Made by a program: the position numbers and the translations under genes
Notes under the pieces: generated by a model
Database searches by the model: none
What the model was told of the DNA's origin: nothing
What the model saw: only the letters and a program-made list of their open reading frames with translations
Assembly (NCBI GenBank): GCA_019056785.1
Contig: DXJV01000025.1
Span: 20,613 to 84,612, forward strand
Length of the DNA: 64,000 nt
Source of the DNA: Candidatus Heimdallarchaeota archaeon
GTDB taxonomy: Archaea > Asgardarchaeota > Heimdallarchaeia > JABLTI01
Reading direction: 5' to 3'
Part shown: piece after piece, positions 31,055-41,245 of the stretch
Numbering within the stretch: position 1 is the first letter of the stretch
How the letters are laid out: every line of letters begins with the position of its first letter

Positions 31055-31921
31055 ATGAGATTTATAACGATGGTAGATATAAGAAAATTGAATTCTCCCA
31101 AAGAAACAAAAGGAAAAATTAAAGGCATTATCTTTGATTTTGATGGCGTCCTCTCCTCTTTCCAAATGCGCATAGGGTGGCCTATTTTAAATGCTGCACT
31201 CATGGTTAAACCGGAACTTTCGCGAAAACGAATTATCGATACTACTATGGTGATTTTTGACCATCTGACAACTCTCGAGAAAATGCCAAAAAAAACCGAA
31301 CTTTTGAAGTTAATATTTGAAACAGGCAAACGCTTTGGAATGAGCAACTTCCAAGCATTGAAATTCATTGTAATTACATCCATCATTTATGCTAAAAACC
31401 GTAAAAGAATCGTTCCGAGAACAGGCGTTAGAGAAGTTTTACAAGAATTGTTGGCACAAGATTTTATCATGATCTTACTGACAAATAGTAGTCATGGTGT
31501 TATAAAAGTTGCAAAAGAAAGAATTCCGGAATTGAACCGATTTGACCTGATTTTAACGCGCGATGATCTAAAAGCCATAAAACCAAGTGAAGAAGGCTTT
31601 TTGAAAGTCCTAGAGCTCACAGGACTAAAGCCCGAAGAGCTTCTTTCAATCGGTGACCAAGCAAGTGACATCATTGCAAGCAAAAAAGTGAAGATTAGAA
31701 CAATTGCTACATTTGATGAAGGAATGGAATTTACGAAAAAACATTTGATAAGAGAAAAACCGGATTTCATTATTTCCGATCTACAGGAAATCCCCGAGCT
31801 TTTACGCTTCCTTCGGGACAGAATAATCGAAGATATTCGAACAACAATTGATTTAACTGAAAAACCGCTTCAGGAATATCTGTTAAGTGATGAATTAAAC
31901 GTTAAATATACCGGCCCATGA
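31055..31921 (+). CDS. HAD-superfamily hydrolase (phosphoglycolate-phosphatase-like)
   Basis: FDFDGVL, LTNS, KP and IGDQASDI motifs. Confidence 0.9.
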   Translation: MRFITMVDIRKLNSPKETKGKIKGIIFDFDGVLSSFQMRIGWPILNAALMVKPELSRKRIIDTTMVIFDHLTTLEKMPKKTELLKLIFETGKRFGMSNFQALKFIVITSIIYAKNRKRIVPRTGVREVLQELLAQDFIMILLTNSSHGVIKVAKERIPELNRFDLILTRDDLKAIKPSEEGFLKVLELTGLKPEELLSIGDQASDIIASKKVKIRTIATFDEGMEFTKKHLIREKPDFIISDLQEIPELLRFLRDRIIEDIRTTIDLTEKPLQEYLLSDELNVKYTGP

Positions 31922-32037
31922 TTGCTTTTCATTGGAAGCAATCCATTAACGAATCCCTTTCTAATGGAGAGAAGCAAGAATTTAATCCTGTAAAAAGTAA
32001 AAGGGGCGTAAACCCCTAAAAACCATTTAAAAGAGAG

Positions 32038-32871
32038 TTATTCTTTTTGAGAACCTGTTATTCTGAAGGAAGGCAGTTTCATCGCAGGAACTTTAAATTG
32101 GGAATCATTTAACTCTGAATATTTTCCGAGGAGGTCAATAGAACGCAAGAATCGAAGAGCGGAATCGGTATAGCACAACGTTCGTAGGGGGAATTGTATC
32201 TCACCATTTTTAACGAACCATGTACCATCTCACATCAAGCCCGTAAAGATACCCTTAGTTGGGTTAACTGCATTTTGATAGTGAAAATGTGTTACCAGTA
32301 TACCATTTTTTGTTTCAGCAATCATTTCCTCAAGTGATGCTGTCCCTTCTTCAACTAGAATGTGACTTGCAATTGGAAGGGAACGCCCTCGAAAGCGCCC
32401 ATTGTGTCCAGTAGTTGTGACGCCGTCCTTTGTGGCAGTAAGAGTATCATATGCGAGATTCTTTACAATACCCTTTTGAACCAACTCCAGTTGCGTTTTT
32501 GGTTGCTCTTCATCATCAAAGAAAGTACGATAGGGAATTCGAGAGTCATAAGCATCATCCCACATGGTAAATTTCTCGCTGAAGAGTTTCTCACCAATTT
32601 TATCTCGGAGGAAGCTAATATAATCCAGGTACAGCAAAGCACTAAAGCCGAAATAAGAAATGAAGAACATGAAACCAGCAACTGCAGCTGGCTCGAGAAT
32701 CACTTCATAGTCTCCGGGCTCAATGTTTTTCATCCCAAAACCATTAGTGGCTTTTCGAGTAGGTTTTTCAGCAACGGTTTGCACATGTAACTTTGAAAAA
32801 TCACGGTTATTATCAGCAGACCACCCGGCAGTTTCCTCTGTTTCGTCATATCGCGCATTTTTCTTTTGCAC
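32038..32871 (-). pseudogene. TldD/PmbA family protein, 5'-truncated, with an internal TGA
   Basis: PGDYEVILEP.AV, FDDE, TTGH, LEEMI...GILVT motifs. After the TGA at 32232-32230 the same frame continues DGTWFVKNGEI...VPAMKLPSFRITG to TAA at 32038. The N-terminal half is absent. Confidence 0.85.
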
Positions 32872-33119
32872 CTGGTAGTTATATCCCCTCTTATGCTTAC
32901 CATTCTTTCTATTTTTATTGAACGTTTAATTTTTATTGAATATTTTTAAAAAAGCTTGCCACCGGCAGACAATTCGAGCTTTCAACAATGAGAATGAAAC
33001 GTTCCATGAACCATATGTACACCTTCTAAAACCTTCTGCGCACCATTCTAAGAGATTGTTAAAAATCACCTTGAAACAATACTACAATTAGCAAAAAAAC
33101 GAAATAAAGGTGAAATGAA

Positions 33120-34097
33120 ATGAAAAAATGGCTATTAGGATTAATATTTGCAAGTCTATTAGTAATGCCTGTAACGGCACAACTTGTCTCTGCTGAAGAT
33201 CAGCATATAGGTATAAGAGATGAAGTTGATTCAATCACTGTGTCAACAGAATATATGACAGTTCGGATTCTCCCCAGCCAAGCTCACTTGATTTGGTGGT
33301 ATGGAAATGTCTCGAGTGCAGACGAAATGTATAAACTCCAATTATTGAAGATTCAAGAATTTACAGGTGATGATGCCATCCTTGATGACAAAAGTGAGCT
33401 TGGGGGAATAAGCTATAGTTTAATTTCTGACAGCTGGAGTTATGCTATTGTTCAAACAGCACAAGAGTTAACTATCACTATGACCCTGACGGGATTAGCA
33501 AACGGTGCAACAATACAACTGGTAATGCACGTGTATACTACTGATGTTCCAATTAATGGAACCGATCAAACAGTAGATGCCTTAACTGAATTAAAATTCG
33601 ACATTATAATCGAAAATTGGGTGTTCTCCCCCACAGCTGCAGGAATTGCTATCGAATCATTCCTAACTGAAGTTCAAAATCGACATCGCGTACGTGTTAG
33701 AAATGGCACACTTAATGAGAATGGCAATGCCACCCGAACCATGCAATTCATAAGCGACAAGTATGACGACCAGGCAGTTGCTTATTTCGAATGGAATACT
33801 TTTGCCCATGTTTACAACTCAACTGGAGATCTTGTAGATACGGTTGATGTTGGAACAAGTTATTTCGCAGATATGATCTCCCCACCCCCAGGCATGGGAT
33901 TTGAGGAAGTACAAGACCACCTCTGGTTAACATATCCCAACTACGAAAACAATATGAAACTCATTCACGACCCAACTATTGGGTTAAATGCTGACCTTCT
34001 CGCTAGCAGCGTTCCATTATATGTCATTCCCCTTGTTGGTGGATTGGCCGGAATTGCTATTGTTTCTGCTGTAATTCTCAAGAAGAAGAGAGCCTAA
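33120..34097 (+). CDS. Secreted beta-rich protein with a C-terminal membrane anchor (cell-surface protein)
   Basis: N-terminal signal peptide, IHDPTIG near the C-terminus, then a TM helix followed by KKKRA. Confidence 0.75.
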   Translation: MKKWLLGLIFASLLVMPVTAQLVSAEDQHIGIRDEVDSITVSTEYMTVRILPSQAHLIWWYGNVSSADEMYKLQLLKIQEFTGDDAILDDKSELGGISYSLISDSWSYAIVQTAQELTITMTLTGLANGATIQLVMHVYTTDVPINGTDQTVDALTELKFDIIIENWVFSPTAAGIAIESFLTEVQNRHRVRVRNGTLNENGNATRTMQFISDKYDDQAVAYFEWNTFAHVYNSTGDLVDTVDVGTSYFADMISPPPGMGFEEVQDHLWLTYPNYENNMKLIHDPTIGLNADLLASSVPLYVIPLVGGLAGIAIVSAVILKKKRA

Positions 34098-34212
34098 GAA
34101 AAAATTCCTCTCGGGGATTTTTGCTCTCTTCCTCTTCTTTTTCTCTTTTTAATAAATCGGAACATTCAAAAAGTAGCCTTGGTTAGGAAAACACAAGAAT
34201 ACCTTTGAAAAG

Positions 34213-35283
34213 GTGGCTTCTTTGACAGAACAAATCAAAAAAGATTTGGAAGAACTTTCACAAGCAATTGGCGTTTCTTCTCGCGAAAGAAGAGTCGTCC
34301 GAATTATAAAGGAAAAAATTGAGCCGTTGGTTGACGAACTCAAAATCGACCTTTCAGGCAATTTAATTGCGACTTTGAAAGGGACAGAAAAGAATGGTCC
34401 TGTTTTGCTACTTGATGCCCATACAGATGAAATTGGAGTAATGATTCGCCATATCTCACCAGATGGCTTTCTCTATTTCGCAAAAATTGGTGGTTTCGTT
34501 GACTTACTATTTCCAGGGCAAACAGTCATTCTCGCTCCGGATGATGAGACGAAAAAAACAGTAATTGGAGTCATTGGACTAAAACCGCCACACATAACCA
34601 AGGGAGAGACAAAAGTTCCAAACCCTGAAGACTTGGCTATAGATATTGGAGCAAAAAGTGCTGAAGAAGCAGAGTCATGGGGGATAACAATTGGAACAAC
34701 TGGAACACTTCTCGGAAAATTCTTTGAAATATCTAATGGGCGGGTTATCGGAAAAGCATTTGATGACCGAACGGGTTGTGTAGTATTAATCGAACTACTC
34801 AGACGTCTGTCCAAAGAAAGGCCAAAGGGGACAATTGTGTTTAATTTTGCTTCCGCAGAAGAAGTTGGTGGACGAGGGGCGACAACTGCTGCTTATCAAG
34901 TCCGGCCGGCCATGGCATTAGCTATTGAGAATACGACAGCTGCCGACACACCAGGTGTGGCACCACAGGATTGCCCAACAATGCTTGGGAAAGGACCGGC
35001 TATTACTGTTGCTGACCGCTCACTCATTGTAAACCAAAAGATTCTCGAACACCTGCAACATTTGGCAAAGAAAAAGAACATTCCTTATCAATTTAAAAAA
35101 CCGCTTTCTGGGGGAACGGATGCAGGACGAATAGCACTTGTTAGAGAAGGCATTCCTTCTGGTGTTGTTTCTGTTCCTTGTCGCTACATTCATAGCCCAA
35201 TTTCTTTACTGGAATTAAAAGATATAGAGCGAACGTGTGATCTTGTGGAGGCGTTTGCGCGCACTTTCCACGAGATTCTTTAA
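34213..35283 (+). CDS. M42 family aminopeptidase (TET-like)
   Basis: DAHTDEIG, KAFDDRTG, AEEVG, GGTDAG and RYIHS motifs. Confidence 0.95.
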   Translation: MASLTEQIKKDLEELSQAIGVSSRERRVVRIIKEKIEPLVDELKIDLSGNLIATLKGTEKNGPVLLLDAHTDEIGVMIRHISPDGFLYFAKIGGFVDLLFPGQTVILAPDDETKKTVIGVIGLKPPHITKGETKVPNPEDLAIDIGAKSAEEAESWGITIGTTGTLLGKFFEISNGRVIGKAFDDRTGCVVLIELLRRLSKERPKGTIVFNFASAEEVGGRGATTAAYQVRPAMALAIENTTAADTPGVAPQDCPTMLGKGPAITVADRSLIVNQKILEHLQHLAKKKNIPYQFKKPLSGGTDAGRIALVREGIPSGVVSVPCRYIHSPISLLELKDIERTCDLVEAFARTFHEIL

Positions 35284-35366
35284 TCTTTTTTTAGTTCATA
35301 ACAAGAATTTTAAAACTTAATAGTCCCTCTACAAGCGATAGTAATTTGAATGGAGAAGAAAAGCAA

Positions 35367-36737
35367 ATGGTTACAACAGATTTACGCCCCTTTTTCAATC
35401 CCAAAAGCATTGTACTGATAGGAGCATCGGAAAGGCCAGGATCAATTGGAGGAATGTTGGCAAAACATCTTCTCGAGGGGCAATTTGAGGGAGAGCTCTA
35501 TTTTACCAATCCAAAACGAGATGCGGTTTTTGGGCATAAATGCTATCAAAACCTTGAAGTATTACCAAAAGACCCTGAACTTGCAGTGTTAGCTATCCCG
35601 GCAAAGTTCATCCCAGCAGAGCTGAAGAATTGTGCCAAACGAAACATCCATCATGCCATTGTTTTAAGCGGAGGCTTTTCAGAAGTAGGGAATTATGAAC
35701 TCGAAGAAGAATTGATTAAAGTTTCCCGAGAAAACGACATTCGAGTAATTGGTCCCAATTGTGCAGGAATTGCTTCTACCCATACAAAAATGATGGCTGC
35801 AATGGAAAACACCTGTATTCCTGGAGGACTCTCAATCGTCTCGCAGAGTGGCGCGTTAGCGGGCTCAATGATGTTACGGGCAACCTATGAAGGATTAGGT
35901 ATTGATAAATGGATTTCTTTTGGAAACGCTTCAGACGTAGAGGAAGCAGAACTCATTAATTACCTTGCAAAAGAAGAGAATTCACCAACAAAAGTGATTT
36001 TTCTTTACCTTGAGGGTGCAACACATGGACGAAAATTAATAGAGACATTGAAAGAAGTCACGAAACTTAAACCAGTGATATTTTTAAAGGGAGGAAGAAC
36101 CGCAATCGGTAACAAGGCAGCTATGACTCACACAGCATCTCTGGGGGGAGATCCGAAAATTTACAAATCTGTTGCAAAACAGACCGGAGCAATCTGGGTC
36201 GAATCTTTGGACGAAGCATTTGACACTTATGAAGTACTTTCTACCTATCTTGACAGAGGAGGAAAAAGGGTAGCAATTGTTACAAATTCAGGTGGCCCAG
36301 GGGTTTTGACCTCAGACAACCTTGCTTTGCATGGGCTGGAATTGAATCAACCTTCACAAAAGTTACGAGCACAACTTGAGGACCTCCCAGCAGCATGCCC
36401 TCGTGAGAATCCTTTTGATTTGTTAGGTGACGCCACCCCAGAAAGATATGAACTCGCTTTACGAGCAATAGCTCATTCTGGAGAATATGACACCATAATT
36501 ACTATTATGGTTCCCCCAGGTGATGCAGACATTAATGGTGTTGCAAGGAAAATCATCGAGATCGCAAATGAGGAACACCAAACGGCGATAATTAGTTGCC
36601 TTCTCGCCGGCGAAAAAGTAGAACAAGCGATCAAAATTATGCGGGAGAATGGTCTCCCAAGTTTCCCGACACCAAAACGTGTTGCTTGGGCGGCTTATGC
36701 ACTTTATAAGTGGCAAGAGATAAAGAAAAGAGCCTAA
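35367..36737 (+). CDS. ADP-forming acetate/acyl-CoA ligase, alpha subunit
   Basis: FFNPKSIVLIGAS, GPNC, SQSGA, THTASL, TNSGGPG and NPFDL motifs. Confidence 0.92.
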   Translation: MVTTDLRPFFNPKSIVLIGASERPGSIGGMLAKHLLEGQFEGELYFTNPKRDAVFGHKCYQNLEVLPKDPELAVLAIPAKFIPAELKNCAKRNIHHAIVLSGGFSEVGNYELEEELIKVSRENDIRVIGPNCAGIASTHTKMMAAMENTCIPGGLSIVSQSGALAGSMMLRATYEGLGIDKWISFGNASDVEEAELINYLAKEENSPTKVIFLYLEGATHGRKLIETLKEVTKLKPVIFLKGGRTAIGNKAAMTHTASLGGDPKIYKSVAKQTGAIWVESLDEAFDTYEVLSTYLDRGGKRVAIVTNSGGPGVLTSDNLALHGLELNQPSQKLRAQLEDLPAACPRENPFDLLGDATPERYELALRAIAHSGEYDTIITIMVPPGDADINGVARKIIEIANEEHQTAIISCLLAGEKVEQAIKIMRENGLPSFPTPKRVAWAAYALYKWQEIKKRA

Positions 36738-36775
36738 GAATTTTCGGCTTTTTCTCCCTTTTTTTCAAAGAACAT

Positions 36776-39700
36776 TCATTGTGGGGTGATGATTATTTGT
36801 GCTAAGGCACGGATGTAAGAATAGAATGTATCCGCAGCCGAAGAGCCAATATATCGCTCTATTAAAGTATTGAAAAACTCGAGTGCCTTAATTTCTTTTT
36901 TATTCAAATCATTATAAGTTGCTTTCCTTATGAACTCTTCAATGGTTTGATCCTCTTTAACACGTTTTAATGAATAATATTTTGTAACGAGAAAACGTAT
37001 CTCGGTTTTATCATCCGGTAGCTTCTTGAGGGCAACTGATGGTAAAGAGGAAAAGACAGGTGAAAGAATGTTTTTTGGAATAGCAACATTCCCCAGACTG
37101 ATATACCAGTTCTTGCTTCGCTCATCGAATTTTACAATGCGGTCTTCTTTGAAAATTGAGAATGCATCAGAAAGCGCTGTTCTTACGATCTTATTAAAAG
37201 CCGGGACGATCTCTTCTTCAAGAGTAGTGCGAATTATTGTCACTTTGTCTTTAGGTGAATCCTTTTTCGGGATTGCTTGAAGAGCCTGTGTGATCTTTTT
37301 CCCGAGAGCTTCATATGGCAAAGGAGAGTCATTTGTTTTTGAAAAAGAGGACCAGAAAAGTTTCTCGATAATTTCTTCAATGAATTGTGAATGCTCAACC
37401 CAAAGAGGTGTATAAATTTTTATCAAATCTTGAAAATCGCCCTTTATGGGAGAAATATTGACAATTGATTTAAGGCTTTGCTCATCCATTAACACGGAAT
37501 ATTTATTGGGATGATAACGAAGGCTCTTATGAATATTCTTTGAGGCGTCCTGGAAAAGCTGTTGGAGCTCTGCCGGGCGAATCTTTCGTCCTAACTTACC
37601 ACCTGCAAGAACTGAAGAAAACCATCGATTTACATTTCGTAAAGCCTTTAGCTGGGTGCCGAATTTTTCTTTCCCATCGGTTCTGCCGGCTTTAGTTCTA
37701 ATTTGCTTTTCTAAGTTTTCAATTGCAGTTTTAATTTTAGCGAAATTTTTTAGCAAAACTTGAGAGGAGAAATTGAGCCATAAATACTCCATAACAAATG
37801 GTTTAGCAAGGAGGTCTTCCAAAATACCCTCAGCTTTTAATTCAGGAATCGTTACGTGCAACCGTTTTAGGGACGCTTTAGTTAATGAGGAAAGTTTCTT
37901 TTGTTCGACGCTCTTAATGCGGCCGGCCGAAAAAGCCTCTGAAGCCAATTGAAATGGTGTGGGTAGAAGAGCCGAAAATTTGAGCTGTTGAGAAAGGAAT
38001 TTAACAGTTTTGCGAGAGAATAATTCGCGCGCATTTGGGCGCTTAGAAAGACGTGTAAGAATAGAAGTAAGAACATACAAACTTTGCAAATCGAGAGCAA
38101 TCTTTTGGATCATCTTACTCATAGTTGTTGGTAGCAGAGGAAACTTTTCAGGGCCAAAGATCTTTTGTAAAATTCGTCCAGTGGTTGCTTCTAGAGAGGC
38201 ACGGAAGGATTTGAAGAAGTAGGAGAGGTTTTCATAATTCTCAAAACGAGTTGTTGTTGCTTTTGCCTTCGCAGCACGTTTTAAAACCAACTTCTTTGTA
38301 TCAGCAGGTATTGTAAAGGCTAAGATATGCTCAAACTGCTGGATGCTTTTTTGCAGTAGCTCTTCTGGCTTATATTTCCGACCATAACTTGACTTTGCCA
38401 AGCAATCAGTTAGAAGGGTATAAACAATGTCAGGAACCTTTCGGAATTGATAGGGATGGATGACTTGTTGAAGAAAATACAGGAGCATAAGGTCTTGAAT
38501 TGATGAAGACTTTTCTTGGATAACAGATGAATGAATTTGCCCCACAGAATTATACAGAATGACAGCCTCATCCAGTGTAGTCGAAAATTTCTCGAGCGTT
38601 TTTGTGCATTCTTTTTTAATGTACTGCTCGAGACTTTTAAGCTCAGGATTAGCAATTAGAATAAAAGGATGTTCTTTTTTAATGGACTCCACAAAACGAT
38701 TGTAGGAAGAAAGAATGATCTCATTCTTTCGTTTTAGAAAATCATTTGGCGAGTATTTCACAGTAAATTGCTGGATAATGCCTGTCAATTTTTCAGAAAT
38801 CCAGCTCTTGTCTGCCAATTCCTCCTTTAACACACGTGCCAGCGCCTTATTTACAACGGACTCTAGCTCTTTTTTATCAAAAACGGTTTCTTTTGACATG
38901 GCAACGAATTTCAAGGGAAATTTATTGAATAATTTCCGGTATAACTCCTGATTCATGTTGCTCAATAATTCTGGGACTTTTGTTTTAAGCTGTTCAAGTT
39001 TGGTGACCATAACCTTTTCGAACAAGAAACTTTCATTTATCAACTCAACATCAGGGATTTCGCCTTTTTCACGTCGAGAAAGCGCACGGGACGAATCATT
39101 TAATTGTCTAATAATCTTAAGGATTTCGCCGGTAATTTCCTTCCGGGCAACAGATGATTTCTTTCGGAGAAAGTTGTCCAAAATTTTAATAATTTCACCA
39201 AAAGGATTTGGAGATTGAGCAAAAAGAAAGGGGAAAAACGCATCATCTTTAATCCCTTGAATGTAGAGATACTGGGCAAGTATAGTCAGCAATTCCTTAT
39301 GGCTTAAATGGGCCAGGCGTTGTGAGACGAATTCATGGGACCATTCTTCAAAAGAACTCTGATCCTCCCAAATGCCCTCCAACACTTTAATGAGCTTGGG
39401 TTTCACGCTTTTTACTAACTGTTTCACTTTATCCGAATGCTTGCGGTAAAGCTGATTAGCAACGGCTGCAATTTGAGCATAAGCTTGATCAATTTTCGGT
39501 ACCAAACCGATGGCCGTATACTCATTTTCAAAGGTAGTTACAATTACTCGCGCCAATTCAGTTGCGTACAGAGCAATAAAATCGAGACACTTATCTTCCC
39601 CTTCAAAGCCTTTAATTGCTATTAAAATAATCGGGGAATGGTCTCCAACCCGGATTGCTTTAGAGGCCAAGATACCATTTTGGAAACGTGAAAGATTCAA

Positions 39701-39886
39701 TGTATCAATTGAAGCTGCTGCTTCAAGATTAGGTTCATCACTTGCTAAACCGATTTCTTGTGCAAAGTTTGCTAACGCACCACCGAGAGCACTAACTAAA
39801 GAAGTATCTGTTTGAATGAATCCTAAAGAAAGGAAATCAGTATTATCTTCTCTACAAATGATGATTTGGGCGTCCAAGACAAACAC
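36776..39886 (-). CDS. Large helical protein with an N-terminal longin-like domain
   Basis: N-terminal beta-beta-alpha (DTSLVSALGGALANFAQEIG)-beta-beta-beta-alpha pattern. Paralog of 42622-45735. Confidence 0.65.
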   Translation of the reverse strand: MFVLDAQIIICREDNTDFLSLGFIQTDTSLVSALGGALANFAQEIGLASDEPNLEAAASIDTLNLSRFQNGILASKAIRVGDHSPIILIAIKGFEGEDKCLDFIALYATELARVIVTTFENEYTAIGLVPKIDQAYAQIAAVANQLYRKHSDKVKQLVKSVKPKLIKVLEGIWEDQSSFEEWSHEFVSQRLAHLSHKELLTILAQYLYIQGIKDDAFFPFLFAQSPNPFGEIIKILDNFLRKKSSVARKEITGEILKIIRQLNDSSRALSRREKGEIPDVELINESFLFEKVMVTKLEQLKTKVPELLSNMNQELYRKLFNKFPLKFVAMSKETVFDKKELESVVNKALARVLKEELADKSWISEKLTGIIQQFTVKYSPNDFLKRKNEIILSSYNRFVESIKKEHPFILIANPELKSLEQYIKKECTKTLEKFSTTLDEAVILYNSVGQIHSSVIQEKSSSIQDLMLLYFLQQVIHPYQFRKVPDIVYTLLTDCLAKSSYGRKYKPEELLQKSIQQFEHILAFTIPADTKKLVLKRAAKAKATTTRFENYENLSYFFKSFRASLEATTGRILQKIFGPEKFPLLPTTMSKMIQKIALDLQSLYVLTSILTRLSKRPNARELFSRKTVKFLSQQLKFSALLPTPFQLASEAFSAGRIKSVEQKKLSSLTKASLKRLHVTIPELKAEGILEDLLAKPFVMEYLWLNFSSQVLLKNFAKIKTAIENLEKQIRTKAGRTDGKEKFGTQLKALRNVNRWFSSVLAGGKLGRKIRPAELQQLFQDASKNIHKSLRYHPNKYSVLMDEQSLKSIVNISPIKGDFQDLIKIYTPLWVEHSQFIEEIIEKLFWSSFSKTNDSPLPYEALGKKITQALQAIPKKDSPKDKVTIIRTTLEEEIVPAFNKIVRTALSDAFSIFKEDRIVKFDERSKNWYISLGNVAIPKNILSPVFSSLPSVALKKLPDDKTEIRFLVTKYYSLKRVKEDQTIEEFIRKATYNDLNKKEIKALEFFNTLIERYIGSSAADTFYSYIRALAQIIITPQ

Positions 39887-40184
39887 CTAATTCTTCTTGA
39901 AAGTTAATTCTTAACTAGAACATCAATAGTAACCATCTCGAATGGGTTCTAAAGATTTTTTCTAGAGGCATGTTTTTTTTTGCTTTTTTATAGAAAAAGT
40001 AATGCTTTTAAAATACTTTGGAATACTAACAATTTTAAGTCAGAGACGGGGAGAAGGTCAAATGCCTCTATCAAAGTTTTTTTAATAATAGATTCCTAAA
40101 GCTGGTTAAAAAGAAGATAGATTCTAATTGTACTTGAAGAGTATGATTTTAAATAAGAAAAAGAATGAAAGGATGAATTCAATC

Positions 40185-41225
40185 ATGGCATTTGATATTA
40201 TAAAAGAACAACGAATGATTCGTACACTGTTTTATTCTTTAATTCACTCGGCAAATTTTCTTGCAGATAGAGCCGACCAGAAACAGAAATTCATCCAAGA
40301 TATTGCTACATTTGTTCGAGAACGCTCCATGGTTGAAGATGATACGCGTGATAAATGTGAGCTTGTAAAAGAGACCTTGGAAATGTTCGGATGGAAAAGC
40401 ACCAAAATTGATTATTTGGAAGGAGAGACAGAAGGACGCGTATTTCTAGGGAAAAATCGATATATCCCAAATGATTTAGCTGATTCGCAAGGAGCGTTAA
40501 TTGTTCTCCAAGCATTTATCGAGGGGTTGTGTTTTCATTTAATAAAAGCACCAGTAGATGCTCGTGCTGAACTCTCACTTCGCACAGGAAGTTTCTATGA
40601 AATTACTTTCACGCGCAGCAGCAAAGAAGCAACCACTCCAACTTATGTGAAAAAGACACCTCACCTGGCTGAAGAGACAATTGACATGTCAATCCATGAC
40701 AACCTAACCATTGAACAGCTTTTCTATCCCATCTTTACCCGTGAAATTCCAACTATGATACTTTTTGACGCTGCCTGGAAAGTCATTCGAGAATCCTATG
40801 TGGCCAATGCCCTGGGGAGTGAACTCGCCGAACAAGAAGAACTAAAAAAACCGAGTATTAGAAACATTTCCATTATCATTAAAAAGCTAACTGAGAAAGC
40901 TCCTGAAGAAGAAATCTTGAACATGGCAGAAATCATAGGGGAATTTTTTGCCAAATTTTTAAAGACGAAGATTTCAGATGCACTTTATGACAAACTGCAA
41001 CCAACTTTAAAAGACAAGCATGCGACAAGCTACTTGGTGTATTACGATTGTAAACAATTCTGTAGTAATGATCGTTTTATTAACCGCTGCATATTCATTC
41101 GGGGAATGTGGACCGGCATTTTGAGTGAAGTTTTAGGTTTTCCAATTCAAATAAAGGAAGTCTTCCATGCAGGAAAAAGAGATCGCTACTGTATGATTGA
41201 ATTTGAACCGGAAAAAAATGCATGA
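40185..41225 (+). CDS. Tandem V4R / Bet3(TRAPP)-like fold protein
   Basis: Two repeats: LEMFGW...AFIEGLC...YEITF, and C..C...CIFIRGMWTGILSEVLG...KEV..G...C.IEF. ORF open from 40128; ATG at 40185. Confidence 0.65.
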   Translation: MAFDIIKEQRMIRTLFYSLIHSANFLADRADQKQKFIQDIATFVRERSMVEDDTRDKCELVKETLEMFGWKSTKIDYLEGETEGRVFLGKNRYIPNDLADSQGALIVLQAFIEGLCFHLIKAPVDARAELSLRTGSFYEITFTRSSKEATTPTYVKKTPHLAEETIDMSIHDNLTIEQLFYPIFTREIPTMILFDAAWKVIRESYVANALGSELAEQEELKKPSIRNISIIIKKLTEKAPEEEILNMAEIIGEFFAKFLKTKISDALYDKLQPTLKDKHATSYLVYYDCKQFCSNDRFINRCIFIRGMWTGILSEVLGFPIQIKEVFHAGKRDRYCMIEFEPEKNA

Positions 41226-41245
41226 AAGCGAATGATGAAGCTCTG

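Noticed and set aside
32230-32232. In-frame TGA in tldD/pmbA as selenocysteine or recoding
   Set aside because: The position corresponds to a conserved Arg rather than Cys, the gene is also 5'-truncated, and TGA is a normal stop elsewhere in the window.
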